Assembly (NCBI GenBank): GCA_013373575.1
Contig: JABXHP010000111.1
Location: 1-40,570 of the forward strand
Direction: 5' to 3'
DNA length: 40,570 nucleotides
Origin: Oceanospirillaceae bacterium
GTDB lineage: Bacteria; Pseudomonadota; Gammaproteobacteria; Pseudomonadales; Balneatricaceae
Below the pieces are notes generated by a model. The model did no database searches, was not told where the DNA came from, and saw only the letters and a list, made by a program, of their open reading frames with translations. This document shows positions 20,214 through 28,676 of this stretch, one piece after another (position 1 is the stretch's first letter; the number at the start of each line of letters is the position of its first letter). Both the position numbers and the translations under genes were made by a program.

Positions 20214-21725
20214 TTATTCGCTAGCAACCTGGTTGCGGCCACCCTCTTTGGCCCGATAGAGCGCCTGATCGGCTCTATGAAACAGCCGCGCGCTCGTATC
20301 ACTTGATCGCGCCTGAGTTACACCGACCGAGACACGAATCGGGACAAGCTCACCCTCGTACTTAAACGGCGCCAACTCAACTGCTCGGCGAAGCTTCTCT
20401 GCTGCCTTCATAGCCCCCTGCGCTTCAGATTCTGCAAGCAGAACAACGAACTCCTCACCGCCGTAGCGCGCTAAAAAGTCAGACGCTCGCAAAACCTTGC
20501 GCAGCACCTTTGCAACCAGTTTTAGTGCGCGATCACCAATAAGGTGCCCCATCTTATCGTTGATCTGTTTGAAGTGATCGATATCTACCACCAACACAGC
20601 GAAGGGGATTTGATGCCGTTCCAAACGGCTCAATTCAGCGCGTAACTGCTCTTCATAGGCCCGCCTGTTTGGCAATCCGGTTAGATGGTCGGTCAGCGCC
20701 AGCTTATGTTCTAGATCGACTTGAGTGTGCGCACTTACGGCATCTCTCTCGACACTGACAAGCCGCTGCTGCAGTTGCGCGTACTGCTTTTCAATAAACT
20801 CAATGCGCGCTTCACGTCGCTGTTTGAACTCGGTAAAACCTTGCGAGAGTCCCTCCAGTTGATTGGCTATAAGCGCTTTGAGATCATTAAGATCCTCTGC
20901 GCCCTCAATGCCTGAGCGCATCTCCTCTATACCCCGGGTTAGCTTATCAGCCTCTTCTGTCTCACCCTCATTAAGCGACTTCGACTCTTCCTGGGACTCC
21001 TGAAGCGACTTATTTAGCTCAGCTAACTTCGCCACCATCGACTTGAGAAACTCGGAGAGCTGATCCACCTGAGCCCCCTTGCGCTGCTCAAGTAACTCTA
21101 CAATCGAGTGCAGTCGCTGAATCAAATCATCAGGTTGAGAGTCCTCACTCATCGCATCTGTAAGCTCTACGACAAGATCATGATCCTCAGGCTGCAAGGG
21201 TACGAGGTTCGCAATGCGCTTAATCGCTAGTATAAGCTCAACAGGAGGCGACGCGACTTCTGAGCTAGCTGGTACTCCATCGCTCTGCATCTGCTCAATG
21301 GCGTCGACCTGCATGAGCTGCAGAATCCGATCCAGATTAGCAGCCAAAGCAGCAAACAGATCATCAGACTCCTCAAGAGCACCGATCAACTGCGAAGCTA
21401 AACTGTCTCCTCCGTCACAGGCGAGTGACTGCCTCGCGAGCAAATAGCGTTTCAGAGTACTTAAAATTGAGTCAGAGAGGCGCTCACGATCGAGGGTGTA
21501 GACCCTATAACTGCGCTCTAGTTGGGTCAGTATCTGCCGAGCATCTGCAACATTGGCAGGTTCTGCCCAGCTCATCTCAGTCATGGAAGCGGGCAAATCG
21601 GTCTCGAGAACACTAAAAAGAATTCTCAGCGCGCGATTGAAAAGCACTTTTTGCTTCTCAAAATCGTTCTGAAGGTTAACCAACTCACGCTCTAGGGATG
21701 TGTACTCTTGCTGAAGATTATCCAT
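20214..21725 (-). CDS. Soluble diguanylate cyclase with long helical/coiled-coil N-terminus
   Basis: TDHLTGLPNRR, DIDHFKQIND, GHLIGD, I-site RASD, active site RYGGEEF, ADQALYRAKEGGRN; no TM segment evident. Confidence 0.93.
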   Translation of the reverse strand: MDNLQQEYTSLERELVNLQNDFEKQKVLFNRALRILFSVLETDLPASMTEMSWAEPANVADARQILTQLERSYRVYTLDRERLSDSILSTLKRYLLARQSLACDGGDSLASQLIGALEESDDLFAALAANLDRILQLMQVDAIEQMQSDGVPASSEVASPPVELILAIKRIANLVPLQPEDHDLVVELTDAMSEDSQPDDLIQRLHSIVELLEQRKGAQVDQLSEFLKSMVAKLAELNKSLQESQEESKSLNEGETEEADKLTRGIEEMRSGIEGAEDLNDLKALIANQLEGLSQGFTEFKQRREARIEFIEKQYAQLQQRLVSVERDAVSAHTQVDLEHKLALTDHLTGLPNRRAYEEQLRAELSRLERHQIPFAVLVVDIDHFKQINDKMGHLIGDRALKLVAKVLRKVLRASDFLARYGGEEFVVLLAESEAQGAMKAAEKLRRAVELAPFKYEGELVPIRVSVGVTQARSSDTSARLFHRADQALYRAKEGGRNQVASE

Positions 21726-21854
21726 CTACTCGCCTGATAACCCGTTCGGCTGTTCGGAAAATATCGGTAAGTAGAAGCATAGACACTTTTCGCTGCTTAG
21801 CCTGAAAAAATATTCAGGTGGACCGCCTAGGCGCAGGAGTAGAGGGAAAAAGTT

Positions 21855-22206
21855 GAGTCTGCCGATAAGCCGGGTTCTGTCGTGGACAGTCATTCATCTG
21901 GGACTAACATCACTGCTAGCCTCAAGCGACCTACCCGGACCCGGCATGGGCCATGCCTTAATGGGTCCCTATTTGGTCTTGCTCCGAGTGGGGTTTTCCA
22001 TCGCCGTAGAGTGTTGCCACCTACGCGGTGCGCTCTTACCGCACCATTTCAACCTTACCGGTAATCCGAGGATTACTTAGGCGGTATACTTTCTGTTGCA
22101 CTTTCCGTCGGCTCACGCCGCCCAGACGTTATCTGGCACTTTGCCCTATGGAGCCCGGACTTTCCTCCACTTCAGCGAACTGAAGCAGCGACTGCCTGGC
22201 AGACTC
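21855..22206 (-). ncRNA. rnpB: RNase P RNA, bacterial type A
   Basis: Minus strand contains GAGGAAAGTCCGGGCTCCATAGGGC, GAAAGTGCAACAGAAAG, GAGCAAGACCAAATAGG and ACAGAACCCGGCTTA; complementary ends GAGTCTGCC/GGCAGACTC; lies downstream of rsmI. Confidence 0.97.
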
Positions 22207-22222
22207 GGCGGCGATTCTAACA
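22207..22222 (-). promoter_or_regulatory. rnpB promoter: extended -10 with GC-rich discriminator
   Basis: TG-T-TAGAAT-CGCCGCC directly before the RNA 5' end. Confidence 0.7.
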
Positions 22223-22238
22223 CAAGCTCCGCCCAAAT

Positions 22239-23078
22239 TTAGGCTTTTTTATCGAGTAGCAACTGATACAGCGCCTTCTTATTTGCCCCGGTAATTTCAG
22301 CTGCAAGAGCGGCTGCGCGCTTAGGTGGCAATTCGGCAGCCAAAAGTGCAAGTACCCTCTCGGACTCTGCACTAATACCCGTCACCTCGCGCGCAGGCGC
22401 CCCCTGCACGATCACCACAAACTCACCGCGTTGCTGATTCGAATCCGCTTCTATCCACTCTATAAGCTCAGCCAGCGGTGCACCCTTGATGGTTTCAAAG
22501 GTCTTAGTCAGTTCGCGCGCAATCAGTACAAAGCGATCTTCCCCGAGGGTTAGTGCCATATCCTTAAGCGAGTCCACGATACGGTGAGTCGACTCGTAAA
22601 AGATCAGCGTCTGAGTATCTGCCGAGAGTGCACTTAGCGTCTGCTGCCGAGCACCCGTCTTAGCAGGCAGAAAACCCTCAAAACTAAAACGGTCTGAGGG
22701 CATACCGGAGGCGCTTAACGCGGCTACAAAGGCACAGCAACCCGGCACAGGAGAGACATCGTAGCCCGCTTCACGAACCGCCCGCACCAATATGAATCCG
22801 GGATCAGAAATAAGAGGTGTTCCCGCATCAGAAACTAACGCAACCTGCTGCCCTTGCGATAAACGATCTATAATCATTTCAGCACGTTGACGTTCATTAT
22901 GATCATGGACTGAAATCAGATTCGCTTTAATGTTAAAGTGCTGCAGCAGGCGCCCAGTGTGGCGCGTATCCTCAGCCGCAATTAGGTCTACTTCGGCCAA
23001 TATCTGCTGAGCGCGGGGCGATAGGTCCGCAAGATTACCTATGGGTGTCGCCACTACATGTAGTTTCGGCGCTGACAT
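22239..23078 (-). CDS. rsmI: 16S rRNA C1402 2'-O-methyltransferase (start moved to ATG at 23078)
   Basis: VVATPIGNL, AEDTR, SDAGTPLISDPG, ARELTKTFE. Confidence 0.96.
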   Translation of the reverse strand: MSAPKLHVVATPIGNLADLSPRAQQILAEVDLIAAEDTRHTGRLLQHFNIKANLISVHDHNERQRAEMIIDRLSQGQQVALVSDAGTPLISDPGFILVRAVREAGYDVSPVPGCCAFVAALSASGMPSDRFSFEGFLPAKTGARQQTLSALSADTQTLIFYESTHRIVDSLKDMALTLGEDRFVLIARELTKTFETIKGAPLAELIEWIEADSNQQRGEFVVIVQGAPAREVTGISAESERVLALLAAELPPKRAAALAAEITGANKKALYQLLLDKKA

Positions 23079-23122
23079 ATATTTCTTTCCATCCGTACAG
23101 ATCACAGGGTGTGAACTATAAC

Positions 23123-24979
23123 ATGACAGGCAACAGATTCAGGTTACTCTGGCAATCACTACTTACCGTAGCACTACTGGCAGGCTGTGCAGCGCCACCT
23201 CAGACCGGCCAAGCACCGCAAACAGATAAGCAGATGAGTGTAGAGCAATTGCTCGCCAGCGCTGCAGGGGCTCAACCCCTGCGTGCCGCAGAGCTTAAAC
23301 TGCAGGCGGCTAAGATTTTGCAGCAGCGCGGCGACTTCAGTGGCGCGGTGGCAGCACTAGACGGCGTTGATCCAAGTATCTTGCCGCCTAATTTGAGATT
23401 TGATGTCGCACGTGTACGCGCGGGTGCAGCGCTTGAGCGCAAAGACGCCGGACGCGCTCTGCAGTTCCTCGACTCAGCGCAGTTCCCCGGAATCAGCGCG
23501 ACACAACAGGTTGAACTGAGTCGACTGCGAGCTCAGGCGTATGAACAACAGAACAACTCACTGGCGGCCGCTCTTGAACTGATACAAGTAGCACGTACCG
23601 CGACCGGTGATGAGCTGAGCCAGGTAAATGACCTAGTGTGGCGTCAACTTCTGCAGGTTGATACCGAGGCACTGGTGGCGGCAAGCTTGAATAACTATGG
23701 ATTTTATGAGCAGGGATGGATAGAGCTAGCACTAAGCCTGTCAAAGCAGGCGGACCTCTCCACTCAGCGCGACGCTCTCATGCAGTGGCAACAGCTCTGG
23801 GGTGCTCACCCGGCTTACACTAACCCACCGCGCTCTTTGGCAGCACTGCTGAATGCTGATCTCATTACGCCGCAACGTGTGCTAGTCGCACTGCCCTTTA
23901 GCGGCTCACTTGCGGAACCTGCGCGAATACTCAGCGAGGGCATCAACGCCGCGCTTTATCAACGTAAGGCGCAGAACCTACCAGTTCCGACGTTAATAAC
24001 GCTAGACACTGAACAGATTACCTCAGCCTCAGAGATCCTCAATTATGCTCGGCAACAGCGCGCTGAACTGATTATTGGTCCTTTGAAGGGCAATTTAATC
24101 GATCAGCTCGCGGCTGATCCGACACTGCCAATACCGGTAATCGCTTTCAACCAGACGACCAACACCAACCCCAACGTCTACACTATCGATCTCTCGTCAG
24201 ACCAAGATATCAGACAAGTTGTAGAGCGCGCGGTTATTGAAGGCCGCAAACGCTTTGCCATCATTACACCGGCAGCGAACTGGGGCCAGAAAGCTCTCAC
24301 AGATTATCAGCAGGCGATCTTAGCGAACGAAGCTGAGATAGCCACCACCCTTCAGTATCAGAGCTCTGAGGATCTTTCAGCACAGGTTTCACAGATGCTG
24401 CACACTGATCTGAGCAAAAATCGCTACACCGAGATTCGCCAGACGCTTGGACAGAAAATTGAGTTCTCTGACCGTCCGCGCAGAGACATTGACGCAATTC
24501 TCATAACTGCCTCAGCCCAGGACGCACGCTCAATTAAGCCGATGCTCGCATTCCACTTTGCCGGCGACTATCCGGTCTACGCTACGTCACACTTATATGA
24601 CGGTGATCCTAACGCTGTGCGCGATGTAGACCTAAACGGCATCCAATTTCCTGATCTACCCTGGTTACTGCAACCTAACTCTGCTGTGAATCTACAACTA
24701 GGCAGCGAGCGCAGTGATACACAGAGCCGACTTGGACGCCTTTACGCGCTGGGCGCAGATGCGTTCACGCTCTACCCGTTCCTGCGACAGCTTGAGAGTT
24801 CTGATGAGATCTATTTTGACGGACTCACTGGACGCCTCACACTGGGTACAGATAAGCGTGTGAAACGAGAGCTCGTTTGGGCAGCCTTTGATGAAGGCAT
24901 ACCCGTTTTACTCGGACCACCAATAATACCTGAACCGACTCTGCCGGCAGACGAGGCACTTTTCGCTCCGAGCAACTAA
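23123..24979 (+). CDS. lpoA: PBP1a activator lipoprotein LpoA (LppC family; start moved to ATG at 23123)
   Basis: Lipobox LAGC, W...HPA, IIGPL, PVYATS, RLYALGADA, GLTGRL; divergent from rsmI. Confidence 0.9.
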   Translation: MTGNRFRLLWQSLLTVALLAGCAAPPQTGQAPQTDKQMSVEQLLASAAGAQPLRAAELKLQAAKILQQRGDFSGAVAALDGVDPSILPPNLRFDVARVRAGAALERKDAGRALQFLDSAQFPGISATQQVELSRLRAQAYEQQNNSLAAALELIQVARTATGDELSQVNDLVWRQLLQVDTEALVAASLNNYGFYEQGWIELALSLSKQADLSTQRDALMQWQQLWGAHPAYTNPPRSLAALLNADLITPQRVLVALPFSGSLAEPARILSEGINAALYQRKAQNLPVPTLITLDTEQITSASEILNYARQQRAELIIGPLKGNLIDQLAADPTLPIPVIAFNQTTNTNPNVYTIDLSSDQDIRQVVERAVIEGRKRFAIITPAANWGQKALTDYQQAILANEAEIATTLQYQSSEDLSAQVSQMLHTDLSKNRYTEIRQTLGQKIEFSDRPRRDIDAILITASAQDARSIKPMLAFHFAGDYPVYATSHLYDGDPNAVRDVDLNGIQFPDLPWLLQPNSAVNLQLGSERSDTQSRLGRLYALGADAFTLYPFLRQLESSDEIYFDGLTGRLTLGTDKRVKRELVWAAFDEGIPVLLGPPIIPEPTLPADEALFAPSN

Positions 24980-25018
24980 ACTTTCAGGCGTATCCTAAAT
25001 GCACTCAGGGAGGAGCGC

Positions 25019-25381
25019 ATGGAGAACCGAGAGAAAGGCCAGGCCTTTGAACGTATTGCCGAGCAGTACCTGAGGGCACATGGGTGTCATGTTTTGCAAC
25101 GCAACGCTACCTATCGCTGCGGTGAGTTAGATCTAGTGGTGACCGACGCTAGCCACTTGGTCTTTGTAGAGGTGCGCTTCCGAAAACACAAGGGCTGGGG
25201 TGGTGCTCTAGAGTCAGTCACCTGGCACAAGCAACGCAAGCTCATTCGCGCCGCACAGCTATGGCTTCTGCAAAACCCCCGCTACACGGACTCGACCTGC
25301 CGCTTCGATCTAGTTACCATCAGTGCAGCTGAGGAAGCGCCTGAGTGTGTATGGTATAAAGACGCATTCAGACCCTCATAA
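25019..25381 (+). CDS. yraN: YraN family (UPF0102) nuclease-like protein
   Basis: GELDLV, LVFVEVRFR, CRFD motifs; conserved position after lpoA. Confidence 0.92.
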   Translation: MENREKGQAFERIAEQYLRAHGCHVLQRNATYRCGELDLVVTDASHLVFVEVRFRKHKGWGGALESVTWHKQRKLIRAAQLWLLQNPRYTDSTCRFDLVTISAAEEAPECVWYKDAFRPS

Positions 25382-25416
25382 ACCATTAAGACTTAAAGGG
25401 GTAAAACAGAGGCTAA

Positions 25417-26007
25417 ATGGAACTCGAAGAGCGAATAATTGGCCATTTCCATAGCAGTATGGACATCTGTGCCCAAACCATTGAGCACTACACACCGCTC
25501 ATTGCAGAGGCTGCCGAAGTACTTCTGCCCTGCCTTGTCTCTGACCACAAAATACTCTGTGCAGGTAACGGCGTTTCTGCGGCTTTGGCGACCCAGTTCA
25601 GCGCTATGCTGATGAACCGATTCCGCCATGAGCGACCCGGATTACCCTGTGCCGTTTTAAGCGCGGATTCAGCGGTACTATCGGGTATAGCAAATGACGC
25701 GGGCTATGCAGAGACCTACGCCCGCCAAATTCAGGCATTAGGCCAAGCGGGCGATATCCTGCTAGTTATCTCACCCACAGGGCGTGACGCCAGCCTAGTG
25801 CAGGCGATTCAAGCTGCACATGACAGGGAGATGCTCGTTATAGCACTTACAGGGCGCGATGGTGGCAACATGACCGCTCTACTTCGCCCTGAAGAGATTG
25901 AGATCTGCATTCCTGCCGAGGATGATCCAAGCGTTCACTTCGCGCACACCCTCATACTGCACACCCTGACCGATTTAATCGAATATCAACTTTTTGGAGC
26001 TCAGTAG
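25417..26007 (+). CDS. SIS-domain protein of the DiaA/GmhA family with degenerate catalytic motifs
   Basis: KILCAGNGVS, NRFRHERPGLP, ANDAGY, ALTGRDGG; position between yraN and a BON protein. Confidence 0.85.
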   Translation: MELEERIIGHFHSSMDICAQTIEHYTPLIAEAAEVLLPCLVSDHKILCAGNGVSAALATQFSAMLMNRFRHERPGLPCAVLSADSAVLSGIANDAGYAETYARQIQALGQAGDILLVISPTGRDASLVQAIQAAHDREMLVIALTGRDGGNMTALLRPEEIEICIPAEDDPSVHFAHTLILHTLTDLIEYQLFGAQ

Positions 26008-26583
26008 ATGAAGAAACTGGCTATAGCCCTTATTGCGACATCAACCCTTCTTGCCGGTTGCTCAGATCTTATTAGCGCGACCCGTGAGGAGCCAATCCGT
26101 GAGAATGTGGGTTCTCGCACAGTCGGTAATTTTATTGAAGATGAAGCGATTGAACTCAAAGCGCTAGTGAATATCAGTAAAGGCTCAGCCCCGCTTTCGC
26201 AGTCACACATAAACGTAACCAGCTTTAACGGCCAGGTTCTGCTTACCGGCCAGGTACCAAACGAATCTATCAAGAACGAGGCAAAAAGCGTTGTTGAAAA
26301 GGTCCGTGACGTTAGAAAGATCCATAATGAACTTGAGATTGCAGGCCCGACATCGACTATCGTTCGTTCAAACGATGTCTACCTAACCAGTCGCATCAAG
26401 CTACAGCTCTTAGCTGACAAGGCTGTTGAGGGCTTGCGTATAAAAGTGGTTACGGAAAATGGTATTGTTTACTTGATGGGTCTGGTGAGCCAGTCTGAAG
26501 CGGATCGAGCCGTTAGCGTGGTACGCTCAGTTCCGGGGGTGCAGCGCATCGTCAAAGTATTTGAGTATGTGCCACTCCCTTAG
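26008..26583 (+). CDS. dolP: Dual-BON-domain outer-membrane lipoprotein DolP/YraP
   Basis: Lipobox LAGC, RTVG..IED, NGQVLLTGQVP, KVVTENGIVYLMG. Confidence 0.88.
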   Translation: MKKLAIALIATSTLLAGCSDLISATREEPIRENVGSRTVGNFIEDEAIELKALVNISKGSAPLSQSHINVTSFNGQVLLTGQVPNESIKNEAKSVVEKVRDVRKIHNELEIAGPTSTIVRSNDVYLTSRIKLQLLADKAVEGLRIKVVTENGIVYLMGLVSQSEADRAVSVVRSVPGVQRIVKVFEYVPLP

Positions 26584-26606
26584 CAGAGACCGGCTATTAA
26601 GTGGTT

Positions 26607-26636
26607 ACCTGAGCTCAGCAAGCTGAGTTCAGGTTT
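26607..26636. terminator. Long hairpin between convergent dolP and sspB
   Basis: ACCTGAGCTCAGC-AA-GCTGAGTTCAGGT-TT. Confidence 0.55.
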
Positions 26637-26687
26637 GCGATAAACTAGGTTGGCCGAGCGAGACCTTCAAATTCAGGAGAGGACTCT

Positions 26688-27146
26688 CTACTTAACGACT
26701 CTGAGACCCGGTTTTTGAGGCTTTTCGGATTTTGTAGTTTCGACCTCAGGCCTGTCGTCGGCAACCGGATTTAGCGGCTCTCCTTTCTCAAGAGCAGCCG
26801 CAACCTGAGCCTCTAGCGTATCTGCACCCGGCTCCATACCAAATCCCATACCCTGTCCATTTTCACGCGCAAAGATTGCTAGGATAGCTGCCGTGGGAAC
26901 GTAGACCTGCATCGGCACCCCACCGAAGCGAGCACTGAAACTAACAGCGTCGGCATCCATGTAGAGATCACGCACAGCAGAGGGAGCGATATTGAGGGTG
27001 ATCTGGCCATCTTTTACATAGGCCTCTGGCACAGTTGTACCAGGCACCTGAGCCGCAACTACCAGGTGCGGTGTCAGGTCGTTATCGATTATCCAATCGA
27101 AAAGCGCCCGTAAAAGGTAACCGCGGCTCGGTGTGATATCAGACAT
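26688..27146 (-). CDS. sspB: ClpXP adaptor SspB
   Basis: YLLRALFDWIIDNDLTPHL, FSARFGG, ARENGQG, C-terminal LRVVK ClpX-binding motif. Confidence 0.96.
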   Translation of the reverse strand: MSDITPSRGYLLRALFDWIIDNDLTPHLVVAAQVPGTTVPEAYVKDGQITLNIAPSAVRDLYMDADAVSFSARFGGVPMQVYVPTAAILAIFARENGQGMGFGMEPGADTLEAQVAAALEKGEPLNPVADDRPEVETTKSEKPQKPGLRVVK

Positions 27147-27160
27147 TGCGACAGCCAGAC

Positions 27161-27793
27161 TTAGTCGCGTAGCTCGCGTTCAACTTCAGACAAACTCTCC
27201 TGGAAAGACTCACGCGCGAACAGTCGCTCCATGTACTTAACCAGCGGTTTGCACTGTGCTTCTGGCAGTTCAATACCCATCGCAGGCAGACGCCAAAGGA
27301 TTGGAGCGATACAGCAATCAACCAGACTGAACTCTTCGCTCATGAAGTAGGGCTTCTCAGCGAAGATTGGAGAGATAGCAACGAGACTATCACGCAGCTC
27401 TTTACGCGCCTCTTCAATCTCTGCGTCAGTGCCCGATTTATTCAGAATGGTATCTGCATAGCGTGACCAATCGCGTTGAATACGGTAGATGTAGAGACGG
27501 CTCTCGGCACGTGCTACTGGATAAACTGGCAGCAGTGGTGGATGTGGGAAACGCTCATCGAGGTACTCCATCATCACGCCCGACTCAAACAGTACCAACT
27601 CGCGATCAAGCAGAGTCGGAAGGCTATTGTACGGATTCAGCGCCGCAACATCTTCAGGCAGCTCATCCTCGGTGCAATCAATAACATCAACTGCTACACC
27701 TTTCTCAGCTAGCACAATACGCACGCGATGGCTGTACTGGTCGCCAGCGTCAGAGAAGAAGGTCATCGAAGATCGTTTAGCAACTACGCCCAT
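27161..27793 (-). CDS. sspA: Stringent starvation protein A
   Basis: [43 protein letters not shown]. Confidence 0.97.
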   Translation of the reverse strand: MGVVAKRSSMTFFSDAGDQYSHRVRIVLAEKGVAVDVIDCTEDELPEDVAALNPYNSLPTLLDRELVLFESGVMMEYLDERFPHPPLLPVYPVARAESRLYIYRIQRDWSRYADTILNKSGTDAEIEEARKELRDSLVAISPIFAEKPYFMSEEFSLVDCCIAPILWRLPAMGIELPEAQCKPLVKYMERLFARESFQESLSEVERELRD

Positions 27794-27825
27794 TTAAGGT
27801 TACCCCATAAAATTTAACGGCAAAT

Positions 27826-27860
27826 ATAAAAAATCTACGCGACCCTCTCGAATCGCGTAG
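27826..27860 (-). terminator. Terminator after petC
   Basis: CTACGCGA-loop-TCGCGTAG followed by ATTTTTTAT on the minus strand. Confidence 0.7.
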
Positions 27861-27899
27861 TTATTGGTCTGGACCCTTGCGGGTCGGCACAGCGGATAC

Positions 27900-28676
27900 T
27901 TAGTGTACGTCTTTCCAGAACTCTCGCTTCAGGGCATATGCCAAGAAGAAGAAGAAGAACAGGAAGACGAGTACGTATGTACCTATACGGTGCGAGTCCG
28001 CTTTGGACGGCTCCGCCATGTAAGCCATAAAGTTTACCAGATCATAGATAACTTTATCGAACTCTTCAGTATCCAGCTCACCTGTACCACCATTGACACT
28101 CAGACAGCCTGGCTTGAATGTACCCGTAAGCGGGTCAACTTCACCACCAATGCCTTCATGCAAAAGCTCTTCATGCGAACAGGTCAGACGCTGATTACCC
28201 TGAAGGCGCTCAAGCACGTTTGGCATACCCACGTCTTTGAAAACCGCATTATTCACACCCCAAGGACGTGATGGGTCCTCGTAGAATGAGCGGAGGTAAG
28301 TGTATACCCAGTCCGCGCCACGCAGACGCGCTTCCAGCGTCAGATCTGGCGGTGGGTTACCGAACCATACCTTAGCGTCATCAGCAGCCATGCCGATAGT
28401 CATGTGCTCACCGATCTTCTTATCTTTATCGAAGATCAGGTAATCTTCTACCAGCTTGTTAGGGATCTCCAGATCCTGCGCAGCACGCTCAAAGCGCTGG
28501 TACTGAGCAGAGTGACACCCCATACAGTTGTTGACGAATGTTGCCATACCACGCTGCAGCGAACCTTTGTTGGTGTAGTCCAGCTCAATGTGGTCGAGTG
28601 GCATTTTGGCACCACCCGCAGCACTTGCCGTCATCGGCAAGAGTGCCATTACGATAGCGATCAAATACTTTTTCAT
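27900..28676 (-). CDS. petC: Cytochrome c1 (start moved to ATG at 28676)
   Basis: Signal peptide MKKYLIA..., heme motif CMGCH, PPDL, C-terminal TM segment and WKDVH. Confidence 0.95.
   Translation of the reverse strand: MKKYLIAIVMALLPMTASAAGGAKMPLDHIELDYTNKGSLQRGMATFVNNCMGCHSAQYQRFERAAQDLEIPNKLVEDYLIFDKDKKIGEHMTIGMAADDAKVWFGNPPPDLTLEARLRGADWVYTYLRSFYEDPSRPWGVNNAVFKDVGMPNVLERLQGNQRLTCSHEELLHEGIGGEVDPLTGTFKPGCLSVNGGTGELDTEEFDKVIYDLVNFMAYMAEPSKADSHRIGTYVLVFLFFFFFLAYALKREFWKDVH

Noticed and set aside
21740-21800. Possible sigma28 (FliA) promoter for the cyclase (ACCGATAT on the minus strand)
   Set aside because: No TAAA-type -35 at the required spacing
21853-22080. Two short plus-strand ORFs (75 and 60 aa)
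   Set aside because: Antisense to RNase P RNA, which fully explains the region
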